Source: Sphaerodactylus townsendi (taxonomy: Eukaryota). Taken from it: DNA of 64,000 nt. A program made the translations under genes and the position numbers. The stretch covers positions 43,152,001-43,216,000 of the forward strand of contig NC_059428.1 of assembly GCF_021028975.2 (NCBI RefSeq). Direction: 5' to 3'. Below, piece after piece: positions 12,484-24,857 of the stretch; the first letter of the stretch is position 1; the number at the start of each line of letters is the position of its first letter. The notes beneath the pieces are model-generated. The model made no database searches. It was not told where the DNA came from and saw only the letters and a list, made by a program, of their open reading frames with translations.

Positions 12484-12973
12484 CCCCTATGTGATTGTCC
12501 CTTTCCCTTTTGTGATTTTTCATCTTTATTCATTTGCCTCTCCAGAGTATTGTCTGCTACAAAATGATTAATTTTTAAAATACTGTATGACGTATTCAAA
12601 ACATCAAGATGCAATACAATTGCAATGCTAAGCTAGGAATACTCAATGGGTTTGAATTTGTCTATATTGTGGAACACTGCACACTAGTGACAGCCATTGT
12701 GACATGCTAGACTTGGAAGGATCCATGTTCAAATTCATCCCTAACCTATCCCACAGATAAGTTAGAAGAGGGGGAAAACTATATATTTTGTCCTAAGCAT
12801 CTTTCAATAACATTTTGATTAAAATAATAATAAGATGCATAGATCTTGGCCTTTGCTTTTAGGTAAAAGGCTAAATTTAATTTCAAATGATGGAATTGTT
12901 TTTCCAAGTTATTTTAAAATGGAGTTCACAAAGGGTGTGTTCAAACCTAACATTCTACACCAAAATGCTAGTC

Positions 12974-13306
12974 TAGGTTTGCCTAGCGTAGCCTGGCAGT
13001 CAGTGAGAGACTAGCAAGAGGGTAGATGTTGGGGAGGATATATTTTAGCTAACAGTGTGGTATCACCTCCAAGAAATCTCAGAAGTGATGACAGTCTTTT
13101 CTAGGAATTGTTGAAAGCTCTGTGATTTTACCATATAATTTTGGCCATTGCATAGAAAGGTATGACATTACTTCTCGGTTTTCCAGGAAGTGATGTCACA
13201 CTATCAGTTGATGGCCATTTTTAAACTTTATTTTTGTCCCACAGCATTGCAGAGTAGAGCTCGGAATGCCAGCTGGCGGTGCTCGCCCAGAGGACTGGCA
13301 ACTCTA
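12974..13306. mobile_element. hAT (Blackjack-like) MITE
   Basis: TIRs TAGGTTTGCC / TGGCAACTCTA and 8-bp TSD TGCTAGTC / TGCTAGCC. Confidence 0.8.
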
Positions 13307-15498
13307 TGCTAGCCATTTCTAGAAGTTCTGTGTAGAATATGCTGACTGGCTTCATATAACTTCTGCTCTTAAAAATATTAAAGAGGAAAAAAAATGAGAG
13401 GAAGCTGAAAGATCAGCAAAGTGAGAAGCAGAATTATTTGCTTAAACAAGTGTTCAACTAGAACTTTTAAGAAAAAGATGGCCATTTTCCTTATTCAGCG
13501 GTCCATGAATCAACACTGCAGAAATTATAATTTTCAGCAAAAGCTAAGGATCTAACTGTGAAAGGCAAGGCCTTTAAAACAGACCTAACTCTGGAAACAA
13601 AACACGTAGTATAATATACCTCAGGATGATGGAGAGACCCTTTCTGTAGTGTAATTAACATTTCTACAACATCAGTTTCCTTACTCAGCTTATTTCTGAT
13701 GCCAGTAAATTACACTGTGACAAAACTGGATTCCAAGAGGCCACTGAAGGACTCGCTAAACTTGAAGGACATTTTTCATAATTTAGTGTTACTCATATAG
13801 GGCAGGTTTAACAACAAGGCCTCCAGGGTGAGCATTTTTGATTTCTGTTTGAACACAGAACAGCATTTTAGACAAAATGAAAAAAAAAGTTTTCAAAAGC
13901 ATAATAAAATCAAAGCAACCTCTACTTATTAAAGGGCAACAATGAAATTAAGAGGATGCTGCTGAAATGGAAAAAAAATGCATGGAGTGTAGGAAAAGGG
14001 TTTATTGGATTGAGAGAACCATTCAAGCATAAATACAGGTTGTAGTAAAAGCAATTAATTGTGTGGAGCTGGTATCTGTGGCACCAAAGAAAATATACTC
14101 TAGCCAGGCTTATCATGCAAGTACATTTTATTTATAATTTAATGAAGACTTTTAATTCCTACGTGTTAGGCATGTGCTAGATAGAACTTCAGGGGATGGT
14201 GCTACCAACTGACTGCTTTGACCACTTCCACCCTTAAAATGTACTATGGCAAATATTTTATTCATTTAAAAAAATCAATCTCTAGCCTTTCTTTCCTGAC
14301 CAAGGTTGGGCTAACAATTCAAAAATTGTAAAATAATTTTGTTAAATAAATATCGAAACATGTTTGAAACACACTAACAATTAAAAACTAATCTTAATAA
14401 GTGGTACCAAATTAATAAATCTCCCTTATCTTATGGGTAAGTAGTGGGGGGGGGAGATGGGGAGGGACAGTTAAACATCAGGGGGCATTAATCCTCAAAG
14501 GGCCAGCAGGGGAGGCTAATTGATGTACAACCATTGGTGTCCTCCACCAAAGGCCTGTCGGAACTTGTCCTTGCAATGAAACCGCACAACTTCTTCAGGC
14601 AGGGAAACCACTTACTGACCCATCCCTTCAGATTTTCCCCATCTTCTTCTGAGGTGCCGGACTGAGGTGCTTGCAAAATGGTAGCATAATGGAAGTAAAG
14701 AACTTTCCTTCAAACCTGTAACTATCCCAGAAGTGAAGGATGCCGATTGCTTTAGTCCTTTCTAGGCAAACCCCTTAATAAGGCAAAATAAATGCTCAGG
14801 CAGATTTTAAACTGAAGCTGAATAAAAGGTTCATTAACAGAGAGGAAATGGGAACAGTGGTGCACCATGAAAAAATGGCGCCAAAATCCTTAATCAAGTT
14901 TGGAGAAGATCAATGCCACTGGTTCACTTATTTTCAAATCAGAGATAATTTTACATTAACAAATGGCAGCCCTAGATTAACTACATGGCCAAAGGTTGCG
15001 ACATGAACATTACACCAGTGGATTATTGAGACCTACTAATGTTGATTATGTTTACGTTTTCTCTTCTTGATGATAACGATATGTGTAGAGGGTATATAGT
15101 TCCCCCTAGAGTTAGTAATAATAAGTAAATGTAAAAGATTTGATATTTTTGTTTTCTGTAACTGGTAAAGTTATTGGATTTGTTTTATTTTTAGGGGGAA
15201 AAGTAGACTTTATTTTTTCTTAATTTCTTATCTTTTATAGGTATTTTTCATGCTATTGGTTAAAATTTAGTACAAATAACTTTAATTATGACTTTGGAGG
15301 GGAAGTTCTATAAACTGTGAAGGGGTAGATGGGGTGGGAGGGTTATAATAAGATAAATTTTCTTTTTTATTTCCTTTCTGTTAAATTAAGGGGGGTTAGA
15401 AGGGGGGTTAGTAATTATGAATTTGAGAGGTATTATATCTGAATTAGGTGCATGTATATAGGGATTTATATTTACTGCTGGGCCCTGTGAGACTTGGG

Positions 15499-15841
15499 CA
15501 GAGGCGTAGCTAGACCAGAGTGCACCCAGTGCACACTCTGGCTTTCCCCCCCATGGTGCACCCCCCACGGTGCACCTCCCCACTTACTTTTAGGAATGGA
15601 ACATCTCAGAGAAGAAGCCTGCCTGTGTTGCCTGGGCCTAGTGAGAACTACATTGTAGTTCCCACCAGACCCAGGCAATGCAGGCAGGCTTCTTCGGCCT
15701 GCTCCTTTCCTAAAAGTGGAATGATGTGCCATGGGGGGAGGGGGGCTGGGGGGGCAGGGGCCATGTGGGGGTGGGGGTGCCATGGGGGGGCAAAAAAGTC
15801 AGAGTGTGCACCGGGCGCACTCTGGTCTAGCTACGCCTCTG
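15499..15841. mobile_element. Fold-back hAT-like MITE (CAGAGGCGTAGCTA termini)
   Basis: Long terminal inverted repeats and internal palindromes. Same terminus as 42467-42481. Confidence 0.8.
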
Positions 15842-15862
15842 CCCAAGTCTCACAGGGCCCAG

Positions 15863-16480
15863 TTCTCACTCAGCCAGATATGTTTTGTCCCAGAAATCTC
15901 CAGCAGGTTAGTTCCAGTCAAGCACAGCACTCCTCGGGGGGGGGGGGTATACTGGGAGAAGCAATCCTGCAGATACAATGGTCCCACTCCATTTAGATAT
16001 CAATATCAAAATCCTGAATCTGATCTGGTATTCAATCTGCAGCCTGTGAAGCTGGTAGAGCACTGGTTGTATATGTGCTCTTCAAGGGATCCTTCTAAGG
16101 AACCAGGACATTGCATTCTGGACCAGTTGCAGTTTCTGGAGCAGCCTTAAGGATAGCCTGTATACAGTGAGTTACATTAGTCTCACCTGGAGGTAGTCAT
16201 CATTGCATAGATCACTTTGGCTAGATCAGGGCAAATCAGGTAGGGCATCAACTGTCTGGCCTAGCAAAAGTTGGTTTTGAATGCCTTCCTGTCTGTATTT
16301 GTGACAGTGGGCCTCCAAAGAAAGGGATGCATCCAGGATCACACTCAAACTCCTGACAGAGGCATCTGGTGTAAGCTGAACTCTATCAAGAGTTGGGAAT
16401 TGAAGCCCTTGCTCTGGACCATCTCAACTCAGCCACAGGATTTCCACCTTCAATGGATTCCATTTCCACCACCTCTGCCT
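15863..16480 (-). mobile_element. L2 LINE fragment (post-RT region)
   Basis: GCATTCTGGACCAGTTGCAGTTTC (minus: KLQLVQNA) and ACATTAGTCTCACCTGGAGGT (minus: TSRxDxCN), typical of L2 ORF2. Confidence 0.75.
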
Positions 16481-17929
16481 CAGCCACCCACCATAGCCTC
16501 TGGGCACATTGCCACATTTCTGAGATCTTTAAGCTTCTTCTACAACTTAAGAGTATTGTCCCATTAAACACAGTCTTTAGCGTTGGTTGCCTGCAGCAAT
16601 CCTCAGTTGGGCAACCCTCCTTGTTTCTGCTTTGTACATCGTGTTTGGTCTTTGTGCATCTTCCCCTCATCCTTCTCTTATTGCTGCAACCCTCCTGCCT
16701 CTTCCTTGCTTATCCCAAGGCTTTATCTAGTCCTGATTTTGCCACACCTGGCCCACCTGAAGCATTTTGGCCTAATTGGTGATGGCACAGAGCTACAGCA
16801 TAGATCCAATAGCGTCCTTTTTTATACTATGCATTTCAGAAGAATTTTTTCCACAAAAGGCCAGGTGGATGTTTAAATGTTGCTTTCTCCCTCATATATA
16901 TTAAACTAAGCAAAATCTACAGTGAAACACAGTTGTATAGTGCATTGTACTATGACTTTTTACAAGTATATCTGCTGGTTAAAAACCCATTGACCTACAT
17001 AATCATGAATTGACTGACTGATATAGTAACCTTTATGCAGCCGTCAAGCTTGTGATGGTGACTTTAAGACATGAAACAAACAGTTGTATTGAGTTCTGTC
17101 ACTCGGTTTGGCAGAGGGAGATGGAATTCCAGATTCAACATGTTGGTGTGTCATCTCAAGAAGAGGCTGTGCTCTTCACAGAAGCAATTATTAAGCAGCA
17201 AATGCTCTGTGCTGTCAGGGCAAGCGATGATAAATCATGGGATATTTGTAACTGGAAGGATGTTATGTTTGAATTGGTTGTAACTATTTACCTGGTGTTC
17301 AGCTGCTCTTTCTCAAGTCCTCCCTTTCTGACATGATCTGTTCAGTGATGGATGTTACCATTTCTAGATTCAATGACATACTTTTGCATTTATCTCTTTG
17401 TCATCTTGTGGGGTGAGACAGATGAAGAAGAATGCTAGTATTATTTAGTTAATGGATGTATCTTCCCAACAGGAACTTCAGTAATTTTATCATACTGACA
17501 AAAAAAAAATACAAAAATATATCTTGGAAAATATATGGTCAAATTTTTACTGACAACTACTTTTTCAGCTATCAATGCAGATGGGCTTTTATATATTACC
17601 CAACTTTTATTTTCCACAGTTAACATACAGTATCTCAATAATGACTCACAGCTTACACAGGTTAGCGGAAAATGCCACACTATTTCAAATCTTGTGGGCT
17701 ACCACAACATTAAGGCAGGCAGAAATAAATGCTTTTAAAATTAATAACATCCCAGAAACAAATGAACACAAGCTATTTTTTCCTAGAATATGTCAGCAGG
17801 GGTAATGAAACAATCACCAGATATTTATAAGCTCAGAACTCTGAATGGTTTCAAGCTATGCCACCCATTGTACAATTTTGACAGTGTGTTGTGTACATGT
17901 TCTGTAAGGAATGCCATGCAACCAGCTCA

Positions 17930-18760
17930 ACAGCGCACCCCACTGGCTTCATAAGTATAAGAAGGAGATAGGGTACAGGCATTTTTATCCAAGAGGAATG
18001 CAACTCGATCTAGAACAGGTGACACCTTAACTCCTGCCACAGACTTTCCACCCACCAGTAATGATTCTGCCTTGTTGGGATGTTTTACTATCCCTCAACC
18101 ACTCCAAAACTGCCTCCAGCCACCAGTTCAGGATTTCTACAGGCTTCCTGGGATCAGCTAGAAGCTGAAGGTAGAGTTGAAAAACATATTGAGAACCCTG
18201 CCCAAATTACTAGGCGATCTCACCCAGTGGTTCATGTAGCATAGGGAACAAAATGGAATTATGAGGACCCCATAGGCCAAAAGGTCAAGGGGCTGAGCAG
18301 CAGTCCCTCAACACCACTTTCTGAAACTTAACCTCCAGGTAGGATTAGAACCACCACAGAACAATGACTCCACACTGCAGCCCAGAATCTGGAAGGATAC
18401 CTTAATTAATGGCATCAAAAGTTACTGAATGGTCCATGAGGATCAACAGAGTCACACTCCCCTTCCCCCAGTGTGAGTCATCCACTAGGATGACCAAAGC
18501 TGTTTCAGTCCCATAACCAGGCAAAAATTCAAACTGGAAAGAATCTAAACAACTTTCATCATCCAGGAAAGCTTAGAGTTGTTCTGCCAACAGTTTAATC
18601 ACCCTGTTCAAGAATGGAAACTTGAAACTGTTCAATAATTATTGAGATCTCTTGGACCTGAGTAGGCTTCTTTAGAAGTGACTGGTATCCTTGCCTCTGA
18701 ACAAAAAAGTTCCATAAGTTTTTTAAAGGCACACTGTCCAGAAAACTACTGGGGGAGCTG
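17930..18760 (-). mobile_element. L2 LINE reverse transcriptase fragment
   Basis: Minus strand encodes degenerate LDxFQxxFxPGYGTETALVxLVDD followed by a decayed LDLSAAFDT region. Confidence 0.8.
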
Positions 18761-18849
18761 TGGGCTAGTACAGAGCTGGTACATATTTTGGATAAGTAAT
18801 ACTATAGGTGCTGGATGAATGAACAATCATTGCTGAAGTTAAGAGCAAT

Positions 18850-19015
18850 TCATTCGTGCTGGATCAACCCAATGAACAGGATCACACTCTAGTTCAGCAT
18901 TCTGTTTCACATAGTAGTGAAATAAATGCCCTCAGGCCTAGGAGGGGAAAGCAGGAAGGTCCAAACTTTCAGTTGTCATCTCTCAACTGCTATTCATGCC
19001 TCTGAATACAGACGT
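18850..19015 (-). mobile_element. CR1 3' UTR fragment
   Basis: TGCTGGATCA...CTAGTTCAGCATTCTGTTTCACA...TGCCTCTGAATA, homologous to the other CR1 3' UTRs in the window. Confidence 0.6.
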
Positions 19016-19600
19016 TGTTGAGGGGTGCGGTACTGAAGCGGGGTTCACACCCCAGATAGCAGGGATGCGCAACACTCACACTGGAACACACAGCAGGAAC
19101 TGAGACGCTATATCAGCTTCCCAGAAGCTGTCCTTCTTTATTAGGTTCACAGCAATGTTGCTCTCTCTGACAAAGTGCTTCTCCAGACAATGAGAAGACA
19201 AGTGTCTCACAGTACATAGCACACTGCTGCATTATATACATTTCATCAACCAATCAGAATACCTTTCCAATTAGCTCCAGAAAGAGGCTGTCATAAAGAG
19301 GTGGTCATATGACACCTGTCATTTAGATTTTGTAGATCAGACATTTGTCCTGACACCCCTTCCAAAATCTAAATTGAGAAAACTATTTACAATATTGATC
19401 TATACAGATATGTACATCACTTCTACACAGCATTCAGCATTTGCAGTAATTTCAGAAACTTTTGTTGCACTAAAGGTTTTGTAAGCATATCTGCAACGTT
19501 ATCTTCAATTGGTACATACGATAAATTAATATCACCATTTTGTACCTGTTGCCTTACATTGTCATATTTGACACCTATATATTTGCTTCTCACCTTCTCT
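19016..19600 (-). mobile_element. Ty1/Copia LTR retrotransposon 3' end: RNase H C-terminus, PPT and 340-bp 3' LTR (19016-19355)
   Basis: RSKYIGVKYDNVRQQVQNGDINLSYVPIEDNVADMLTKPL matches Copia RNase H (RxKHIDxxYH...ADxLTKPL). PPT GGAAGGGG lies directly before LTR TGTCAGG...CAACA. Confidence 0.92.
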
Positions 19601-20979
19601 CCATATTTTTTTAAAAAAACATGGTCTATATTTAAATAAAATATCAAATATTTCTCAAATGATTTTGCAAGATTATTTAGATAATTTACACACCTACTCA
19701 TTCTTTTTTGTTTGTTTATTTTGTAAATCAAGCTTTATATTCTGAAAATACAAAAAAATCTGAGTTTATTTAAATGTGATTATAGACAAAAAAAAACATC
19801 TCACTCAACTTACCTAATTTCCAGGCTGCACATGTGAATCTAGGAAATATATAAATAATATGATCCTGTACATGTTATCTTAGACATAAATTGGTCTCAA
19901 ATTCTTCAAGGTAAATACTGTACCCTCATTACTGTACCCACATTACACAAACAAATGTTTTTAGAGCTATATGACAACATTGTCAAAGATTCTTCTACTC
20001 CCGGCCAGCTGTTTATTTTTTAATTTTATATGCAATATACTTAACAAATAAAAATTGCTACCTTTTCACAAACATCTTACTAATACTACTTCTGAGCGTG
20101 GTTTTATGCAGATTCCAGGTGTTGACACCCTTTTATGTATACCAAAATGACATTTCATAATCCTGGTTTTGATTTATTCTTCTGTGGGCTAAATCCGACT
20201 GAATAAATGAGGACTTATCTATGCAAAAATTATTTTTGTTTTTGTTAATCAAGCCTTACATCTGCTGTTGGAAATGCCTGTTAAAATATCAGCATGCAAG
20301 AGAGAGAGACAGATAGAAAAAATGCAGCTCTCAGCATCCTTTTACCACACAAAAGATCTGAATGAACTGAATCCCATGTCAATAGGCAGACTATTATCTT
20401 TTGAATTCTGTTGCACCTTCTTCTGGGGAGATCAGCAAAAAGAGATTACTGAAGATGAAGTCTTTTTCACTGCAAAGATTTTTATCTCCCATTCCTGCAG
20501 CACACAGAGCTTTCACAATTGTGGACATGTCTTACTTCCTTTTCTTTAATTTAAAGACTTTATTATTATTACAACATATAAGAACCATTAGTAAAGTTGA
20601 CATCTATCTTATCACATAATTTCTAATTTGTTTTACTTTCAGAGGCAGGACTGCTTTCAGATTTGAAGATGATGTCCATGCAAAGGCAAATCATGTGAAC
20701 TCTAGAGGGTGTCACAGACAAGGTGACTATGACAAAATACAACATAAGGAAAGAAAGGCCTTTAAACACTTCTTTAGTTCTCTGGATACTACTGGTATAA
20801 GTGGATGAGCTCAAGGGGGCATATGGTAGAGCCTGCCTTCACAGTTATGGATCCATCAGTGAAGTCTGAAGGGCGAAGTGGGATGCAAAAATTTTATATA
20901 GGCTAATCATTACACTTGCAGAACAATATGAATAAGGAGTCAGAAACTGAGTAAGGGATATAGCCCTTACCTAGTCATC

Positions 20980-21261
20980 GGGCCTTTCCCCACTTACTTT
21001 AAGTCCCGTGCTACTTGAGGAGAGTAGTGCGGGGTCCCCCAGCACTCCCCACGACAGGGGCGGTGACAGCGCAGCTGCCCAGACGCTGCCGCTGTCACAC
21101 CCCCTCAGCACGCCGCATCCCAGGTGCTCTTCTTAATGGTGCCTTTTGATCACTCCACGCAGAGCGCGGGGTTGTAGGGACGCCCGGGCGCGCGCCTGGG
21201 ATGCCGCGCTCTGAGAGCAGCGCGCGGCATAGGGGGGATCGAAGAGAGTGGGGAAAGGCCC
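20980..21261. mobile_element. GC-rich Harbinger-type MITE (282 bp)
   Basis: Perfect 15-bp TIRs GGGCCTTTCCCCACT / AGTGGGGAAAGGCCC. Confidence 0.85.
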
Positions 21262-21303
21262 AACTTCATGTTTATAATGCTCCTCATCTGTGCTCAGCTG
21301 TGC

Positions 21304-21445
21304 ATAAGAATGTAAGAAGAACCTCACCGGACCAGACAAAAGGTCCATAAAGTCCAGCATACGGTTCACACAATGGCCATCCTGCTGCCTCTTGGAAGTC
21401 CACAAGCAGGATGACTGCAACAACATCCTTCCACCCATGTTGGTG
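21304..21445 (-). mobile_element. CR1 3' UTR fragment
   Basis: CATAAGAATGTAAGAA tail (reverse of TTCTTATG repeats) followed by CR1 3' UTR. Confidence 0.7.
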
Positions 21446-21454
21446 GGTTATAGA

Positions 21455-21533
21455 AAGGGGAAAGACTCTCAAAAGCTTATATCCCCAAAATTTTGTTGGT
21501 TGCTAAGGCACTATTGGACTCGAATGTAGCTGC
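21455..21533 (+). mobile_element. Short Penelope-like terminal remnant (different family)
   Basis: GACTCTCAAAAGCTTATA...TTGTTGGT...TAAGG...TGGACTCGAAT resembles the squamate PLE terminus downstream of the hammerhead core. Confidence 0.45.
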
Positions 21534-22375
21534 TAAATCGAGTACTATGCCCTAAATCCTTCTATCTCCCCTATTTAGTGTTCAAAAACACATCAAGGAG
21601 AGATGATAATCTCTCCCAAATCAAGTAGCATGGTCCTTAAAATTCATCAATGTCATTATGCAATGCTTTACTGTGCAGGTGTGAAAATTTGTGCAAAGAC
21701 TTACATCAGATACACATTTTTAATGGCTTAGTATTATAGTAGGTGTCAGATCAGATCAGTTGGAAAAGCTCATAATAAGTAATAATAATGATAATTCTAT
21801 TTTGAAAGTGATATTTGTACTAAACAGACACAGATCTTTTTGAAAGCTCAAGAATAAATTATGTCCTCTGGAAGCAGCAGTTGTGAGAAGTGCTTCCTTT
21901 TTTGAGAGCTTCAATGAATTAATTTTTATAGTGTACTGCATGGTCTAATTTAGAATCTTCTGCATTCTGGGACAGCAGACACTCTCCACTCTTAAATTTA
22001 GCCTTCAGCTTTCCTTTTCATTTTATGTTATAATCAGATCTCAAAAGACTTGCTTCGGATGCTCTGAATGAAGAATTCATTGAATTAGATCTGTGTTTGG
22101 CTTCCATTGTTGTGTAGAAAGTCTATTTTAACTATAGATCTGACTTTTTAAAAATAGAATTCCTGATGTTAAAGTTGGAGAGTGGTTCACCCTGGTCCCA
22201 TATTTCAAATAATTCACTAAGCGGTCAGATCCAGAATCAGTCAATGGGGAGGTTTTGTCTCCTTCCCTATAGATATCATAGGATTAGCTGGTTGCCTATT
22301 CAGGGGCCAACAGAATGTTTTGAGGATTCTTCAGATTGGCCAAAGCGAAGTTCTTTTTCATCTGCTTCATGATGT

Positions 22376-23630
22376 CATAAGAAAAGCCATGTTGGATCAG
22401 ACCAACAGATCCTTCATTCTGTTCACACAGTGGCCAACAAGGTGCCTTTAGGAAGCTCACAATCAAGATGACTGTAATAGCATTATCCCGCCTGTGTTCC
22501 ACCACACCTACTATAATAGGCATACTCCTCTGATACTGGAGATAATACTGTCCATTTTGACTAGTAGCCATGGATAGCCATGGATAGCCATATTCTCCAT
22601 GAACATGTCCATTCCCATTTTAAAGCTTTCCAAGATGGCAGCCATCACCGTATCCTGAGGCAGGGAGTTCCACAATGTAATTATGTGTTGTGTGAAGAAA
22701 TATTTCCATTTGTTTGTTTTGAAATTGTTTGTTTTGAAATTTACAAAACTTTGTTTTGTAAATCAAGCTTTATATTCTGAAACATAAAGCAGATTATACC
22801 ATTTTCTAATATTATGAGAGAGGGAGAAAAGCTTCTCCCTGTCCACTCTCTCCAACTCATGCATAATTTTATAGACCTCTATCACATCTGTCCTTATCTG
22901 TCCTTATCGACCTTTTTTCTAAGCTAAACAGCCCTAAGCATTTTAACTGCTCGTCATAGGGCAGTTACTCTAGCCCCCCATCATTTTGGTTGCTGTTTCC
23001 TGCACCTTTTTAAGCTCTGTAAGGCCGTTTCCGCACGTCCGTACGCCGACCCGACGACGCTAGGACCATCCGCACGGACGGTCCTAGAAAGAGCCAGGCA
23101 GCCGGCGCTGCAGAGCGCTGGCGCTTCTGGTCGTAACTTCCGGCATTGTCTCCGGGCCTCTGGCGCGTACGCCGGGAGCCTGGGGATTAACGGCCCCCCC
23201 TGGCACTGGCGCGCCTGCTCCAGCGGTGCAGGGCAGCGGGGCGTGTCCCCAGGCCTCGGCGATGCGCCAATTGAGGCCAGGGGACAAGGTAAGTGCCAGG
23301 TGCGAGGAGGGTGGCGGAGGCGTCTCGCCGCTACCATTTGCTGCCGGCATGACGAAGCTTGGTGGGCAGCGCTTTCAACAAAAGCGCTTCCAAGCGCTCT
23401 GGGGAAACGCCGGCTTCGCGGCAGTCGGGCCGCGCGAGGGCGGTGCGGCTGCGATGCAGCTGCGCCCCCTGTGCGAATGGTGGCCTGGGATGGCGTTTTT
23501 GCCATCCCCAGGCCGCCATATTCCGCCCGTGCGGAAACGGCCTAACATTCTTTTTTTTAAGATGTGGTAACCAGAACTGTACATAGTATTACAAGTGTGG
23601 TTCCTCCATAGGTTTGTATAAAGGATACAG
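22376..23630 (-). mobile_element. CR1 LINE 3' portion, interrupted by the MITE at 23023-23542
   Basis: CATAAGAA tail, 3' UTR and RT C-terminal sequence homologous to the + strand CR1 at 47741-48658 (e.g. CCAGAACTGTACATAGTATT = minus xYYVQFW). Confidence 0.9.
23023..23542. mobile_element. Young PIF/Harbinger MITE (520 bp), CpG-rich
   Basis: Perfect 15-bp TIRs GGCCGTTTCCGCACG / CGTGCGGAAACGGCC and TSD TAA. Confidence 0.95.
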
Positions 23631-24526
23631 GCAAGGCCTTGCATAAAGGCAAGGGTTCTGCAAATTTCATGTTGAATTTGTTCAGCTGTTGAATTCACTA
23701 TGTTCAAATGACATGATCAAATATGAAATGATCATCCAGTTTGATTGAGTGGCAGCTAATGTATTTAGTGCCTCCTAAACAATTTGGAATTAGATTTTTT
23801 CAAAACTGCACATGTGCAAAGTATGTCAAGCTAAGTAGGTTGGCAGTCCTTAATTAAAGGCTATTTAGATGAGCACTGAAGGATGGGATTCTTTTTGAAA
23901 CACAGCATTTATTTGTCACTGATTTAATTATCTGTGGCTGCATCTACACAACGAACAGCAGTTTCCCCTGCATTTTTTTTCCTGCTGTGCAACTGGAAAG
24001 CTTTTGAAGACTTGGGTTTTTTAAAAAAAAACTGGTGAGAGCTATAGTGCTATCGCAACTTAACATTCCAATGATGTATTGCCACAATTTCTGAAGTCCC
24101 AGCTTTCTTTTTTCTTTTTTAAACATGAGCCATTGTCTTCTTCCACTGCAGAATTAAGAGGAAATATACCTTTTCTCTTCCAACTTTGCAATGGAAGAAC
24201 CTAGATTTAGTCTTTTAATTTTTAAAGGAAACTTCGACTTTGGTGATTGTGGCAATACTTCCTTAGAACGTGAGATCACAATAACAATCATCAGATTTTT
24301 TATATGTTTTTTTTTTTTTTAGAAAAAGCCTTCCGGCAACACAGCAGGAAAAACAGAGGCAATGGCTGCCAGAAAAGCCAATTCTACTGTGCTTCACTGT
24401 TAAGAGAGAATATAGTGAAGCAACCTGTCAAACAGCAACAGCTTGTCAATGAGCATTTGAACCGTTCATCAAAAAAAATCAGCTCCTAGTTGATGGCATG
24501 AGCCCAGTCAGTAGTAAGGTAACACA

Positions 24527-24857
24527 GCACAATCCTAAATGAGTGTGTAAATGAGCTTAGGGAGCCAGCTGACCCTTTCACTTGTATAGCTCTAGAATAT
24601 GTCTGTGTAAGGGCCAGTTATGATAGGGCAGGACTCAGAACCACTGTGCTGCTCCTGAGCAACAGCATTGCTCTGCAGTGACTGCACGCTAACTCAACTG
24701 AAGCCTAGGCCAGCATGGTCATGAATGCATCATGGGTCAGGCTGCAGTTAGTCAGCTCTTTAATCCCTTTCTGCCTGGGAATGTCCCATGTCAGTGGCAC
24801 AAAATTGTGCCTTCAAAAGACATGGTGTAGCCTATAGGTGGGAGCCCAGGATTGCAC
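24527..24857. mobile_element. Old MITE with CAATCCT/AGGATTG termini
   Basis: GCACAATCCT ... AGGATTGCAC, the same terminus class as 1993-2077. Confidence 0.45.

Noticed and set aside
13370-13830. Coding-like stretch (similar ones at ~20.2-20.9, 22.0-22.4, 28.1, 40.0-40.5 and 62.6-63.5 kb) suggesting a decayed pseudogene or endogenous virus
   Set aside because: Frames are interrupted and no family motif was recognisable. Only TBLASTX/BLASTX could test this.
17292-17404. Minus-strand exon-like segment with good splice signals
   Set aside because: Stop codons in all three frames. At most a non-coding exon, which is unsupported.
22981-23707. Cluster of long overlapping GC-rich ORFs resembling a CpG-island gene start
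   Set aside because: They arise from a 520-bp MITE with TIRs and a TAA TSD inside a CR1. High GC explains the lack of stops.
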